Assembly: GCA_963727805.1 (NCBI GenBank)
Contig: CAVSHF010000003.1
Location: 1,632,001-1,696,000 of the forward strand
DNA: 64,000 bases
Reading direction: 5' to 3'
DNA from: an uncultured Nitrospiraceae bacterium
GTDB lineage: Bacteria > Nitrospirota > Thermodesulfovibrionia > Thermodesulfovibrionales > Dissulfurispiraceae
Positions within the stretch are counted from its first letter, which is position 1. Every line of letters begins with the position of its first letter. This document shows, in pieces, positions 35,486 to 45,985 of the stretch. The notes under the pieces were generated by a model. That model worked only from the letters and a program-made list of their open reading frames with translations. It did no database searches and was not told the origin of the DNA. Both the position numbers and the translations under genes were made by a program.

Positions 35486-36162
35486 TGGCCATTTTTGACG
35501 AAGAATTATCGCACTTGAACGGAGTAGTTCTTCAGATGGGATCTCTTGTCGAGAAAGCGATAAAAGAATCAGTGCAGGCCCTCGTGGACAGGGATGATAC
35601 CCTGGCTAAAAGAGTGATTGATGGGGATCACCAGGTGAACGCCCTCGACATAGAGATCGATGAGGAATCTATCAGGCTCATCGCACTGAGACAGCCTAAG
35701 GCCGGCGATCTGAGACTAATCACCACAGCGATGAAGATAACAACTGATCTTGAGCGCATGGGAGACTTTGCAGTGAACATAGCACAGAGGGCACTGGAGT
35801 TGAACAGGGAACCAGTCCTGAAAGAATACATAGACATTCCGAGAATGCGCGAGATCGCTCAGGGGATGACTCGGGATGCCCTCGATGCCTTTGTGAGAAG
35901 GGACATGAAACTGGCCAAGGACGTTATCATGAGGGATGACGAGATCGACGATCTGAAGCAAAAGATACTAAGCGAACTGCTCTTTATGATGACTGAAAAC
36001 CCGAATATCATCTGTAGGTCTATGAGGATAACGTTTGTTGCCCAGTACCTTGAGCGCATAGCAGACCATGCGACGAATATCGCCGAAATGGTACTCTATC
36101 TTATCGAAGGGAAAATCGTCAGGCATACCGAAAAGCTACCTGAAAAAGAAATGAAAAGTTAG
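35485..36162 (+). CDS. phoU: Phosphate signalling protein PhoU
   Basis: RQPKAGDLR, DLERMGD, LERIADHATNIAE. Confidence 0.96.
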   Translation: MAIFDEELSHLNGVVLQMGSLVEKAIKESVQALVDRDDTLAKRVIDGDHQVNALDIEIDEESIRLIALRQPKAGDLRLITTAMKITTDLERMGDFAVNIAQRALELNREPVLKEYIDIPRMREIAQGMTRDALDAFVRRDMKLAKDVIMRDDEIDDLKQKILSELLFMMTENPNIICRSMRITFVAQYLERIADHATNIAEMVLYLIEGKIVRHTEKLPEKEMKS

Positions 36163-36173
36163 GATATGGAAGC

Positions 36174-36300
36174 GATGCGATTGCGTAAAAAGTCCAGCGT
36201 CCAGACGGGCAAACACTGAAGAATGAGTCGTACTTTAATGTACATAGCAGTGATGTAGGAGAAAGCACGACGCAGCATAGGAACTCTTTACTAGACCATC
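36174..36300. repeat. Degenerate ~125-bp MITE/REP-like element with imperfect terminal inverted repeats
   Basis: GATG..GTAAAAAGTCC ... GGAACTCTTTAC..CATC ends; central GTAC-N6-GTAC; lies between convergent genes. Confidence 0.5.
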
Positions 36301-36634
36301 ACGGCATGTTGATGACAATTTCGTAGCTGCCTACGCTGACTTTATCCATTATTCCATTCTGCCACAAAAGTTCCGTAATCTTTGCTTTCGTGTTTTTGGG
36401 GACCATGAGGATGAGTTTGGGCCCATGCTGGGCAAGCTCTTTCCATTCATTGGCCTGGTCCTGATTAATTGTACTGTCTGTCTCCACTTCCAGATTGGCG
36501 AGCACAAGGCCGTGGTTTGCGAGCACCATATCCGGGTTGCCTTCCGGATTGACCGTTACTTCCTTGTAATCCCTGGACAGCTTCCGCTTCAGATGCTCGA
36601 CGATGAGATCATGGACCAACTTCTCATTTTGCAT
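36299..36634 (-). CDS. Hypothetical protein
   Basis: 111-aa ORF closely spaced behind the SspB-like gene; PD...EVET pattern. Confidence 0.65.
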   Translation of the reverse strand: MQNEKLVHDLIVEHLKRKLSRDYKEVTVNPEGNPDMVLANHGLVLANLEVETDSTINQDQANEWKELAQHGPKLILMVPKNTKAKITELLWQNGIMDKVSVGSYEIVINMP

Positions 36635-36645
36635 ACCGTATCCCC

Positions 36646-37122
36646 TTATTCATTTTCGTCCTTGTTCAATTTCTTCTTGTGTACGAAATCTACGCTTATG
36701 ATTTTCTTATCAGCCTCTGTAACAATCTTTGTGCTATTCTTTGTGCCTGCGGAAGGACCTTCACTTCCGGTCTCTGACCCAGCCATGTCTTTAACCATCT
36801 GTCGTTCATGAACCGCGGCAACAAACTGGGCATTAAGCTCGGCGGAATAAACCGCTTCTATGCTGCCGGCCGGGATGAAGCACTTTTGAGCTGCTGCCCC
36901 GAAGACCAGTGTAGTCGAAATGCCGTACTCATCCCAAGTAAATTTCATCTTCGGATTGAAGACAAGGATAATGCCCGACTCCTTTTCCTCCCCGATGAAG
37001 CCACGATTGCCGATGACTACGTCGGGAGAATATTTTACAAGCACCATCACCCTTCCCGCCATGTCAAGGAATTCATAGAAGATCTGCTTTTTGAGGCTAT
37101 TGAGACGCTCTTCGTATTCCAT
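36646..37122 (-). CDS. SspB-like (ClpXP adaptor family) protein
   Basis: GISTTLVFG....CFIP...IEAVYS core plus low-complexity tail ending IISVDF..KKK. Confidence 0.55.
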   Translation of the reverse strand: MEYEERLNSLKKQIFYEFLDMAGRVMVLVKYSPDVVIGNRGFIGEEKESGIILVFNPKMKFTWDEYGISTTLVFGAAAQKCFIPAGSIEAVYSAELNAQFVAAVHERQMVKDMAGSETGSEGPSAGTKNSTKIVTEADKKIISVDFVHKKKLNKDENE

Positions 37123-37143
37123 GAATTTCCCTATTTATATATT

Positions 37144-37947
37144 TTACCGCTGTTTCTTATTTATCAACAGGCACAGCCCTATGCCCGCCAGAATCATCAA
37201 ACTGCTCAGAATCTGTCCCATGGTGATCATGCCAAGGATATAGCCAATCTGGGCATCGGGCTCCCGGAAGAATTCGACCGCGGTCCTAAAAACACCATAA
37301 AGGATGAGGAAGATTGCGAAGAGGGTCCCAGGCTTGAATTTTCCTTTCAGCATCCACAACACAACGAAAAGAACGATACCTTCCAAACAGAACTCATACA
37401 ACTGTGAAGGGTGTCGTGGCAGGCCCTCCCCGGGGAAGACCATCGCCCATGGCACATCCGTAACCCTCCCGTAAAGCTCGCCGTTGATAAAGTTGCCTAG
37501 CCTTCCAAGCCCCAAGCCAATCGGCACGGTGACAGCGATGAGGTCCGCAACAAGCCAGATGTTCGCGTGATATCTCTTGCAGAAAAGCAGGCCGGCAAGC
37601 ACTACTCCAATAAACCCGCCGTGAAAGGACATACCCCCCTGGGTTATTGCAAAGACTTCGAAGGGATGTTGCATGTAATAGCTCGCATTATAAAAGAGCA
37701 CATAGCCGATGCGTGCCCCGAGGAGAAGACCGAGGATGAGATAGGTATAAAGCGTCTCGACAAACTCCTCGCCGAACGCCATCCCTCTCTTTTTGATCTG
37801 GTATCTGACGAGCAAAAATGAAGCGGCGAAACCTATGAGGTACATAAGCCCGTACCACCTTATCGCAAGGGGGCCTACCTCAAATGGGCCAATTGCAAAA
37901 GGGCCGATTCTGAGAATTTCAGGGCTTATATGCGGATAAGGTATCAT
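37144..37947 (-). CDS. lgt: Prolipoprotein diacylglyceryl transferase
   Basis: RWYGLMY, GARIGYV, GGMSFHGG, GRLGNFINGELYGR, HPSQLYE, EFFREPD. Confidence 0.96.
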   Translation of the reverse strand: MIPYPHISPEILRIGPFAIGPFEVGPLAIRWYGLMYLIGFAASFLLVRYQIKKRGMAFGEEFVETLYTYLILGLLLGARIGYVLFYNASYYMQHPFEVFAITQGGMSFHGGFIGVVLAGLLFCKRYHANIWLVADLIAVTVPIGLGLGRLGNFINGELYGRVTDVPWAMVFPGEGLPRHPSQLYEFCLEGIVLFVVLWMLKGKFKPGTLFAIFLILYGVFRTAVEFFREPDAQIGYILGMITMGQILSSLMILAGIGLCLLINKKQR

Positions 37948-37951
37948 CTGC

Positions 37952-38602
37952 TTAATCCTTGTACGCTGTATGTATATATACGCACCCCAGGCTAAGCCGG
38001 ATCTTATCGCACCTGCTGAACCCTGCTATCATGATGAGCCGCGAAAAATCCTCAGGCGTGTAAAATTTCTCAATGGAATCGGCGAGGTAATCATAAGCAT
38101 CTCTTGTCGAAAAAATACCGGCTACAAACGGTAATATCTTTCCTAAGTAAATGCTATAGGGTCGCCTGAGCAGGCCTTGCGGCATCGAAAACTCAAGAAA
38201 GACCATCTTCCCACCCTTCTTTAATACCCGATGAATCTCCTTGAGCGCCTTCGTCGTGTCATGCATGTTCCTGATGCCGAAGGCGCAGGTGGCGCCATCG
38301 AAGATCCCGGATTTAAAAGGCATGGCATAAGCCGACCCAGCAAGGACTGCATATGTCTCGTCAGTTATCTTTTGCTTTGCCCGCAGGAGCATGTTGAAAC
38401 TGATGTCCACCCCTACTACGGTGACACCCCTTCCCACAATCGCTTTCGCACTGTCGCCAGTGCCGGTCGCGAGGTCAAGCACACGATCTCCCTTCAAAGG
38501 ATTCAGTTCCCTGACCATGATCCGCCGCCAATAAAAATCCTGGCCGACCGAGAGCACGTGATTCAGAAAATCGTATCTGTCAACAATAGTGTCGAAATTC
38601 AA
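37952..38602 (-). CDS. UbiE/MenG-family quinone C-methyltransferase
   Basis: YDFLNHVLSVG, VLDLATGTGD, AFGIRN, LEFS, YDYLADSI. Confidence 0.9.
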   Translation of the reverse strand: MNFDTIVDRYDFLNHVLSVGQDFYWRRIMVRELNPLKGDRVLDLATGTGDSAKAIVGRGVTVVGVDISFNMLLRAKQKITDETYAVLAGSAYAMPFKSGIFDGATCAFGIRNMHDTTKALKEIHRVLKKGGKMVFLEFSMPQGLLRRPYSIYLGKILPFVAGIFSTRDAYDYLADSIEKFYTPEDFSRLIMIAGFSRCDKIRLSLGCVYIHTAYKD

Positions 38603-39111
38603 ATAACAAAGCCTCTTTCATATAGGGAATGGCGCAGCCAGCATCAGTTATCACAGAAAATAATTATCATCGTATTGTTTCGTTTGTGTCAAGCTCTTGC
38701 TCACTCATCTCGTTGAAAGAGGCCTAGATTTGATGAGCTTTTATTAAGGAATTATAAATGCCCTGCATTGGCTCGCAACCGGGGTTGTCAACAATATCGC
38801 GGGCAGGGATTGACAGTAATATCCAGTTTTATCCTCGAATATTATTTAGATTTTGGTTTTTAAGGTCCGGCAACCGGTTCCCTATTACATCCCAGACAAC
38901 ATCGCACTTTACCCGAAATAGAAATGGATGACTAGATACCTTTCGGTTTTGTTTTGAAATCGGCAGAGAGATTTATAAGCACCTCTACCATGGCGTGAAG
39001 GGGTAGCATACACACCTTCTTCAGTGTATCATTTTGCATAAGGTCTCTATGATCAGGATCTGGCGTAGTGAAAGACTGCTGAGATTCTCATGACTTCTTT
39101 GGCGTAGTCCC

Positions 39112-39702
39112 CTACCCTTGCAATTTCAGGATCGTGAAGAGTCCGATCCTGATCATCTTCACTGCTATTGCGGCAAGGACCAACGAGGTGATCTTTGCGA
39201 AGGCCCTTGCACCGTTGATTCCGATAAGCCGTATTATCAGCTCCGCTTTGTAAAGGATCGCCCAAGCTATCAGAAAATTTAAAAACAATGACACGATAAC
39301 GGGTAAGTAGCCGTAGTGACCCACCAAAACCAGAGTGGTCGTGAGCGTTGCAGGTCCTGCCAGAAGCGGTGTACCGATAGGGACAACTCCCATAGTTGTT
39401 GACGATACCTGCCGTCCTTTGCTGTCGGGAAAGACGATGTCGACAATCGAGAAGACTAGCAGTAGGATACCTCCGGCAATCATGAAGTCCTCAACCGCTA
39501 TCCCGATAGCCCTGAAGACTGCACTCCCTAAAATCATGAATCCCGTGGCGACAAGAAACGCAGTGAGTACCGACTGTCCAGCTATTTTCTTCCGCTCGCC
39601 GGTAATTTCCTCCGTAAATGAGATAAATATAGGAAGAACGCTTAACACGCTAATCGCGACAAATATCGAGATAAAGGCTGTGAGATATATATTAAAATCC
39701 AT
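39112..39702 (-). CDS. MarC-family membrane protein
   Basis: FMIAGGILL, VVPIGTPLLAGPATLT, LAAIAVKMI. Confidence 0.9.
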   Translation of the reverse strand: MDFNIYLTAFISIFVAISVLSVLPIFISFTEEITGERKKIAGQSVLTAFLVATGFMILGSAVFRAIGIAVEDFMIAGGILLLVFSIVDIVFPDSKGRQVSSTTMGVVPIGTPLLAGPATLTTTLVLVGHYGYLPVIVSLFLNFLIAWAILYKAELIIRLIGINGARAFAKITSLVLAAIAVKMIRIGLFTILKLQG

Positions 39703-40044
39703 TACTAGACATTGTAGAAGTATATTGCCGAATAATCAATGACCCGGTTCTCCACGTAAGACGAATGCTGACTCTGTAATCAGACTTCCGCCGACTTAAA
39801 TCCTTTCTGCTTTCAGATATACTTTTAATTATGAAGGGCAATATGTTGAAAGGAGATTCTTATCATGGAGTCAGTTGACAAAGTGGAGCTTGTCTTCCTG
39901 TGCACCGCCATAGCGTATTTTCTCGTGGTCCTCATCGTCCGATAAAAGCAGAACATTTCTCTGGGCATAATGTATCGCTGCTCTCCGGCACTGCGTCAGA
40001 TTTTTCTTGACAATCCCCTTATGAATCGGTAAAAGTATGTCAAT

Positions 40045-40122
40045 ATGACAAAGTGTTTATCCGGCAACTTTTACTTCTGGTACGGCTTTTACTTTAGCCG
40101 GTCTGCCTGTGGTAGGGGTTGA
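40045..40122 (+). CDS. Aromatic amino acid leader peptide MTKCLSGNFYFWYGFYFSRSACGRG
   Basis: 25-codon ORF with a run FYFWYGFYF, upstream of a terminator and aroF; TTGACA at 40007. Confidence 0.85.
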   Translation: MTKCLSGNFYFWYGFYFSRSACGRG

Positions 40123-40147
40123 CGAAGAGATAGCATAAAATCAACCG

Positions 40148-40187
40148 AAAGCCGAGGGCAGACAAAGGGCCCCCGGCTTTTTATTTT
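40148..40187 (+). terminator. Attenuator terminator of the aroF leader
   Basis: AAAGCCGAGGGC...GCCCCCGGCTTTTTATTTT; antiterminator pairing GTCTGCC(40101)/GGCAGAC(40157); second hairpin at 40200-40229. Confidence 0.85.
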
Positions 40188-40254
40188 CTGAATCCATGAA
40201 AAAGGCCGGGTAAACTCCCCGGCCTTTTTGCTTCGGAAAACGAAAGGAGACGAA

Positions 40255-41274
40255 ATGATCGTAGTTATGAAAGCAGGAGCCACAAAGTACGAAAAGGAAG
40301 AGGTGATTAACAGGATTAAAGAACTCGGTTACAAGCCCCACGTTATCCACGGGACGACCAGAGACGTTATTGGAGCCGTCGGCGATGAACGGGGTAAGCT
40401 CGTCCTCCAGACGATAGAGTCCATGCAGGGCGTCGAAAACGTGGTGCCGATTCTCAAGGCCTATAAGCTTGCTTCAAAGGAGGTAAAAAAAGAGGCGAGC
40501 ATCATCAAGATCTCCGAGTCGCTTTCGATAGGAGGCAAACAGATCGTCGTCATGGCTGGGCCCTGTGCCGTCGAGAGCGACAAGCAGATCATAGAGACTG
40601 CCATTGCGGTAAAGAAAGCCGGAGCACATGTCCTGCGGGGAGGCGCCTTCAAGCCGAGGACCTCTCCATACTCTTTCCAGGGCATGAAAGAAAAAGGATT
40701 GAAGCTCCTTGCGAAGGCAAAAAAGATCACAGGACTTCCGATCATCACCGAGGTAGTCAATCCCGAATCAGCAGACCTGGTTGCGGAATATGTCGACATT
40801 CTCCAGATCGGCACAAGGAATGCTCAGAACTTCGAACTCCTGAAAAAAGTCGGTCGGATAAAAAGGCCTGTGATGCTAAAGCGTGGCATGTCGATGACGA
40901 TCAAGGAACTGCTGATGAGCGCCGAATATATTATGAGCGAGGGCAATCAATCGGTAATACTCTGTGAGCGCGGCATCAGGACCTTCGAGACGGCGACGAG
41001 AAATACGCTCGATCTCTCCGCCATACCGGTGCTAAAAGGTGAAACCCATCTTCCCGTTATAGCCGATCCTTCTCACGGTACCGGCCACCAGAGATATGTC
41101 GCTGCCATGTCATTTGCCTCAATAGCGGCAGGGGCCGACGGCCTGATGATCGAGGTGCATCCTGATCCTGAACACGCCACATCGGACGGGCCGCAATCTC
41201 TGACACCAAAGGATTTCGCTACGATGATGGAAAAGCTGAGACTCTTTGCGGAGGCTGCAGGTAGGACCCTATAA
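40255..41274 (+). CDS. aroF: DAHP synthase class I-beta with N-terminal regulatory (ACT-like) domain
   Basis: [49 protein letters not shown]. Confidence 0.95.
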   Translation: MIVVMKAGATKYEKEEVINRIKELGYKPHVIHGTTRDVIGAVGDERGKLVLQTIESMQGVENVVPILKAYKLASKEVKKEASIIKISESLSIGGKQIVVMAGPCAVESDKQIIETAIAVKKAGAHVLRGGAFKPRTSPYSFQGMKEKGLKLLAKAKKITGLPIITEVVNPESADLVAEYVDILQIGTRNAQNFELLKKVGRIKRPVMLKRGMSMTIKELLMSAEYIMSEGNQSVILCERGIRTFETATRNTLDLSAIPVLKGETHLPVIADPSHGTGHQRYVAAMSFASIAAGADGLMIEVHPDPEHATSDGPQSLTPKDFATMMEKLRLFAEAAGRTL

Positions 41275-41300
41275 TCTGGGAGGGGTGGCGTGCCACGCAT

Positions 41301-41774
41301 TTACGTGATGGAAAAAAGTGGCTCTTCTATAGTCTCGGTGCGGCATATAGGGCACTTGCCGGGCTTACTAAGCCGTTCCCGTTTTCTAAAAACGAATCCG
41401 CACTTACTGCATCGGGCGGGGGTGACAACAAGTTCATGTTCACCTCTGCCCATACTCATACGAATATGCTCGAGGTGCTCAAAAACCTCCTTCTCCTCAA
41501 TCCGCACCCTAACAGATATGTCCTTTGTCGAAAGGGTCTGCCCCCGGATGCTTTCGATAATCTCCTGACGGATGGTCTCATGCCTTTCAGCGGGAACAAA
41601 TAGTTTGCGTGCCTTTGTCCTCACATTATCAATCTCCCTCGACCAATGGTTCAAACCTGATACCCCTGTCTTCCTTGAAGGGATCATTATGGTCGAAATT
41701 GCCTTCCCATATTTCCAGTGGAATGCCCACAGGGAAAGCATCACAGGAAGGGTTACTTTTTTCGAAGCTTCCAC
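41301..41774 (-). CDS. HTH plus zinc-ribbon predicted transcriptional regulator (COG3357-like); true start probably further downstream
   Basis: TIRQEII...EKEVFEHLEHI...PARCSKCGFVF...PGKCPIC. Confidence 0.7.
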   Translation of the reverse strand: MEASKKVTLPVMLSLWAFHWKYGKAISTIMIPSRKTGVSGLNHWSREIDNVRTKARKLFVPAERHETIRQEIIESIRGQTLSTKDISVRVRIEEKEVFEHLEHIRMSMGRGEHELVVTPARCSKCGFVFRKRERLSKPGKCPICRTETIEEPLFSIT

Positions 41775-42000
41775 GGAAATGTATGCAACTCAGGCACTGT
41801 TCCTGCATTTCAACCTCCGGCTGCTATACCTATATTATAGTTCAATATAGCGCCAATTCTAATAGAGCAGGTCATTGCGGCAAGATAGTCATCTATGTGG
41901 GACAAAAGCTATTAACATCAGGGGGCAGGCATGGTACAATAGAATAATTTTCATGCGCAGGCCACTGATTGAATCCTATGCAGCGCGGGGAGAAGACGCA

Positions 42001-42876
42001 ATGGACTGGTATTATAAAAATGGGGATACTCGGATTGGACCGATCAGTGATGAACAAATGCGGGCTCTCGCCCTGCAAGGGACGATCACTCCCAAAACTC
42101 TGGTATGGAACGAACTCATTGCAAAGTGGCAGCCATACAGTGAAACAGCAGGCGGCCTCGCCTCGCCCACCACACCCGTGCAACCGTATGAGCGGAAGGA
42201 AGAGGTGCAGCATGAGGCCCCGATAGACGCTAATATGGACCTGGATTGGGACCGCACTGATCACGATACTGGTCCTTCAGATACCGAATACAAGCCCCCG
42301 CAAAAGACTGAATCCTATTGCTCGCAATGCTTCAACAAATTTCCTATTGAGGAACTTATTCAGTACGGCGATGCAAAGATTTGTGCCGTCTGCAAACCTC
42401 TTTTTTTTCAGAAAGTGAAGGAGGGAGCAAAAATAGCTGGGACGCCACACTACGCAGGCTTTTGGGTCCGCTTTGTCGCAAAATTTATCGACCACGCCAT
42501 CGTCGGCGTCATCGGCATGCTCTTCTACGCTGCCGCTATGTTCATGTTTTTCCTTGATGATAGAATGCTGATGTCTCCGCTCAGGATGGTGGTCTTAATG
42601 CTCGTGTATGTGCTACAAATTTCATTCAACATTGCCTATACAACTTTGTTTATCGGGAAATACGGTGCCACACCCGGGAAGATGGCCCTCAACCTCACAG
42701 TGGTTAACCCAGACGGCAGCAAAGTAAGCTATACGAAGGCCTTCGGCCGTTTCTTTGCCGAGATCATCAGCGGCATCATACTTGCCATCGGGTACATTAT
42801 GGCCGCTTTTGATAGTGAAAAGCGGGCACTTCATGATCGCATCTGCAGTACCCGAGTCATAAGGAAATCAGCGTAA
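42001..42876 (+). CDS. GYF_2(DUF4339)-zinc-ribbon-RDD family membrane protein
   Basis: WYY...GP...TLVW...WQP; CSQC...CAVCK; YAGFWVRFVAKFID, GATPGKMAL, RALHDRICSTRV. Confidence 0.85.
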   Translation: MDWYYKNGDTRIGPISDEQMRALALQGTITPKTLVWNELIAKWQPYSETAGGLASPTTPVQPYERKEEVQHEAPIDANMDLDWDRTDHDTGPSDTEYKPPQKTESYCSQCFNKFPIEELIQYGDAKICAVCKPLFFQKVKEGAKIAGTPHYAGFWVRFVAKFIDHAIVGVIGMLFYAAAMFMFFLDDRMLMSPLRMVVLMLVYVLQISFNIAYTTLFIGKYGATPGKMALNLTVVNPDGSKVSYTKAFGRFFAEIISGIILAIGYIMAAFDSEKRALHDRICSTRVIRKSA

Positions 42877-42880
42877 CCGC

Positions 42881-43456
42881 ATGATGAGCCCGTCGATCGA
42901 CTGCCCTAAATGCAATATACCCCTTGAGAGGCAGTTCTTCAACACCTCGGATATGACAAGGTGCCCTTCATGCGATACACGCCTGCGAATTGAAATCTTT
43001 CCTGCCTTTTTCGAGGAGCCGCCGACCACGGAGACCCTGGGTCTCCTTGTTGTCGGTAATGAGCCGGGCTGTTATTTTCACGAGCAGAAAAAGGCGGTTG
43101 TTCCCTGTGCTCTGTGTGGCCGTTTCATCTGCTCCCTCTGCGATATAGAATTGAGCGGGCAGCACGTTTGTCCGTCGTGCTTCGAAGCGGGTCGGAATAA
43201 ACACAAAATCTCGGCCCTCGAAACCCATCGAGTCCTTTATGACGATATAGCCCTCGCCCTGTCAATCATTCCCATGATCTTCATCTTGCCGACTATCGCA
43301 ACCGCTCCAGCAAGCATCTACTTATCGATATGTCACTGGAAGTCTCCGTCAAGCATAATCTTGAGAACGAAGGTCCGCTTTATTATTGCAATGTTCTTAT
43401 CGCTCTTTCAGATAATTGGTTGGGTATTTCTCATCTCCTATTTGGTCACGAGATAG
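42881..43456 (+). CDS. Zinc-finger membrane protein of unknown function
   Basis: CPKC..CPSC; CYFH...CALCGRFICSLC...CPSC (B-box-like); two C-terminal TM segments. Confidence 0.7.
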   Translation: MMSPSIDCPKCNIPLERQFFNTSDMTRCPSCDTRLRIEIFPAFFEEPPTTETLGLLVVGNEPGCYFHEQKKAVVPCALCGRFICSLCDIELSGQHVCPSCFEAGRNKHKISALETHRVLYDDIALALSIIPMIFILPTIATAPASIYLSICHWKSPSSIILRTKVRFIIAMFLSLFQIIGWVFLISYLVTR

Positions 43457-43476
43457 GCCCGCAACAGAGGAATATA

Positions 43477-43995
43477 ATGAAAAAAGAATATCAGCGCTTA
43501 GCAGGAAAAGGGCGTAAAAAGAGAAACATCTTCGGCTTCACAAGACTTTACCTCGGAAAAGACCATCTCCTCTGTGTCTATAATTCTGCCTATACCGAGG
43601 ATTACCGCCGTTTTTACTTCAGGGATATCCAGTCAATCGTCATCGCCATTAATTCGGCCAGAGAGAGATTAAGCGCCTGCTTCACAGGTGCCGCCCTATT
43701 GCTGCTCTTGTTCGCCTTTTGGAGAGGGGGATATTGGGCCGTATTCTTTATGATCCTTGCCTGCCTCTTTCTCCTCAACGCTTTGATCAACTGGCGCCGC
43801 GGCCCCACCTGCACGTGCCAACTCTCTACGGCAGTAAGCCAAGAGGAACTGCCCTCGCTCGGCCGGCTGCAAAACGCGATGAAGGTTATCGAGGTCCTCA
43901 AGCCGCTGATCTCGGAATGCCAGGGCACGCTTTCGCATGAAGATATCAGGACGAAGGCCTCAGCCTCAAAACATAGATCATCTCAAGTACCGTGA
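43477..43995 (+). CDS. Hypothetical membrane protein
   Basis: EDYRRFYFRDIQSI followed by two TM segments; operon position. Confidence 0.7.
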   Translation: MKKEYQRLAGKGRKKRNIFGFTRLYLGKDHLLCVYNSAYTEDYRRFYFRDIQSIVIAINSARERLSACFTGAALLLLLFAFWRGGYWAVFFMILACLFLLNALINWRRGPTCTCQLSTAVSQEELPSLGRLQNAMKVIEVLKPLISECQGTLSHEDIRTKASASKHRSSQVP

Positions 43996-44309
43996 TGAAG
44001 GATCTCTCCCGCCGACGCTGCCATAATCATCCGAGCCGCGAAGCGGCAGCGCTCTGTATCGAATGCGGCAGGTCATTCTGCCGTGAATGCATCACTGAGC
44101 ACGATGCCCGGATGTCCTGCTCATCATGCATCGGGAAGCTCTTAAGGCCCACATCTTCGCGCCGCTTTCATCTTTCTGATATCGTTGCTGTAGGACAGTC
44201 TCTACTTGGCATCCTTATCACATGGCTGGTCTTTTATTATCTCGGTCAAGTACTCCTCTTGCTGCCCTCGTCATTTCATGACGGCACAATCTGGCGAGCG
44301 AGCTTCTAG
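43992..44309 (+). CDS. B-box-like zinc-finger protein with one TM segment
   Basis: CHNHPSREAAALCIECGRSFCREC...CSSC. Confidence 0.75.
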   Translation: MMKDLSRRRCHNHPSREAAALCIECGRSFCRECITEHDARMSCSSCIGKLLRPTSSRRFHLSDIVAVGQSLLGILITWLVFYYLGQVLLLLPSSFHDGTIWRASF

Positions 44310-44317
44310 GAGGTTCG

Positions 44318-45985
44318 GTGAAAAAAAAGGATAGTAGGCGTCACCAGAACAAAGGTGCCCTCGAGATAATCGAAGAGGCGACACACCTGCTAAGGCTTAT
44401 GCCAAAAGGGATAACTGCCCTCTATTATATGGGCAGTCTCCCTTTCATTCTTGGCTTACTCTATTTTATTGCTGACATGAGCAAGAGCGCATTCGCCTAT
44501 CAGCATGAGGCGAAAGCTACCTTTGCTATAGTCCTTCTGTTCCTATGGATGAAGTGTTGGCAGACGGTTTTCTGCAACCATGTCAAATCCTATGTTTCAG
44601 GTGCCCCAGCACCGAAGTGGTCTTTGATCGAGATTATGCGCCTGTGCGTTACGCAGACTTCCCTTCAACCCCTTGGGTTCGTCATACTGCCGCTTGCTTT
44701 TCTCATCACCCTTCCCTTCGGATACGCTTACGCCTTCTTCCAGAATATCTCACTCCTAGGCGATGGTAAAACTGGCGGCACGAGGGCCCTTTACCGCTCG
44801 GCGCTAACCCAGGCAAGGCTCTTTCCGAGGCAGAACCACTTGGTTCTTCTCATTATTATCCTCTTCTGGCTTTTCGTCCTTCTGAATGTCATGATCGCAA
44901 TGTTCATAGCGCCCCGGCTACTCAAGTCGTTTCTGGGAATGGAAACAGCCTTCACCCTGGCGGGCTGGGGGCTACTCAATACGACCTTTTTCGCTGCCGC
45001 TTTAGGCATCTCCCACCTCCTTGTCGACCCACTTATTAAGATAATTTACGTCCTCCGATGCTTCTATGGCGAATCACTCCGCACGGGTGAGGATTTGACG
45101 ATAGAGCTAAAGCTCATGCGTCCCGCCGCGAACACAATGGTCGCACTGTTCGTTTTATTTTGTTGCTGGCAGACATCTCTATCTCCGGCTGCAGTCGAAA
45201 CTCCCATTCCCGAGGTAAAAGAAGCGGGCTTGTCTGCTTCGGACCTCGACCGTTCGTTAAGCGAAGTGATCGGCAAGAGAGAGTATGCCTGGCGGTTGCC
45301 CCGTGAACATGAGGAAAAGAAAAAAGATCACGGCCTTTTTGCCACGTTCGTGGAAGGAGTGATCGAAACGGTGCTGGATTGGCTGAGGACCCTTAAGGAG
45401 TGGGGGGCAAAGGTTATCGAATGGCTTGATGCAAATATCTTCAGGTATTTCAGATCCACACCGCCTGCGTCTTCTGACAGTGGATGGTCCGGATCAACGC
45501 CGATTCTTCTTTATGTACTCGCCACTGTTGGGGCTTGTGTCGTTGGTATTTTCGTGCTACGAACCATAAAAAAAAGAGGCCTCGCCGCAGTTAATCTATC
45601 CATCGAGGCCGCGCCACAGGTCCGTGATCTCTCATCTGAAGATGTCACGGCGGATGAGCTTCCTTCGGGCGAATGGCTCGCACTCGCGCGGCAGATGGCC
45701 GAAAGGGGGGATCTACGTCTCGCCCTTCGTGCCCTCTATCTCGGGAGCCTCGCAAACCTCGCGCGCCAAGGGATCGTCACTATCGCAAAGTATAAATCCA
45801 ATCACGACTATGAACAGGAATTAAGGCGCAGGGCCGCCGAATCATCCGAACTGATCGCTGCCTTTTCGAATAGTATCGCTACTTTTGAGAGCATCTGGTA
45901 CGGCATGCACGATATCTCGCAAGAGACCTTCAGGGACTTTAACGAAACCCACAAGAGGATTATGGCGCTTGCAGAAAAGCACTAG
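44318..45985 (+). CDS. Multi-pass membrane protein with C-terminal DUF4129 domain
   Basis: GDLRLALRALYLGSL, KSNHDY, FESIWYG. Confidence 0.8.
   Translation: MKKKDSRRHQNKGALEIIEEATHLLRLMPKGITALYYMGSLPFILGLLYFIADMSKSAFAYQHEAKATFAIVLLFLWMKCWQTVFCNHVKSYVSGAPAPKWSLIEIMRLCVTQTSLQPLGFVILPLAFLITLPFGYAYAFFQNISLLGDGKTGGTRALYRSALTQARLFPRQNHLVLLIIILFWLFVLLNVMIAMFIAPRLLKSFLGMETAFTLAGWGLLNTTFFAAALGISHLLVDPLIKIIYVLRCFYGESLRTGEDLTIELKLMRPAANTMVALFVLFCCWQTSLSPAAVETPIPEVKEAGLSASDLDRSLSEVIGKREYAWRLPREHEEKKKDHGLFATFVEGVIETVLDWLRTLKEWGAKVIEWLDANIFRYFRSTPPASSDSGWSGSTPILLYVLATVGACVVGIFVLRTIKKRGLAAVNLSIEAAPQVRDLSSEDVTADELPSGEWLALARQMAERGDLRLALRALYLGSLANLARQGIVTIAKYKSNHDYEQELRRRAAESSELIAAFSNSIATFESIWYGMHDISQETFRDFNETHKRIMALAEKH

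Noticed and set aside
39030..39120. yybP-ykoY-like words (AGGGGACTAC...GAGACCTT) on the minus strand
   Set aside because: Overlaps the marC stop, the core does not match well, and the downstream gene is over 400 nt away and unrelated to metals
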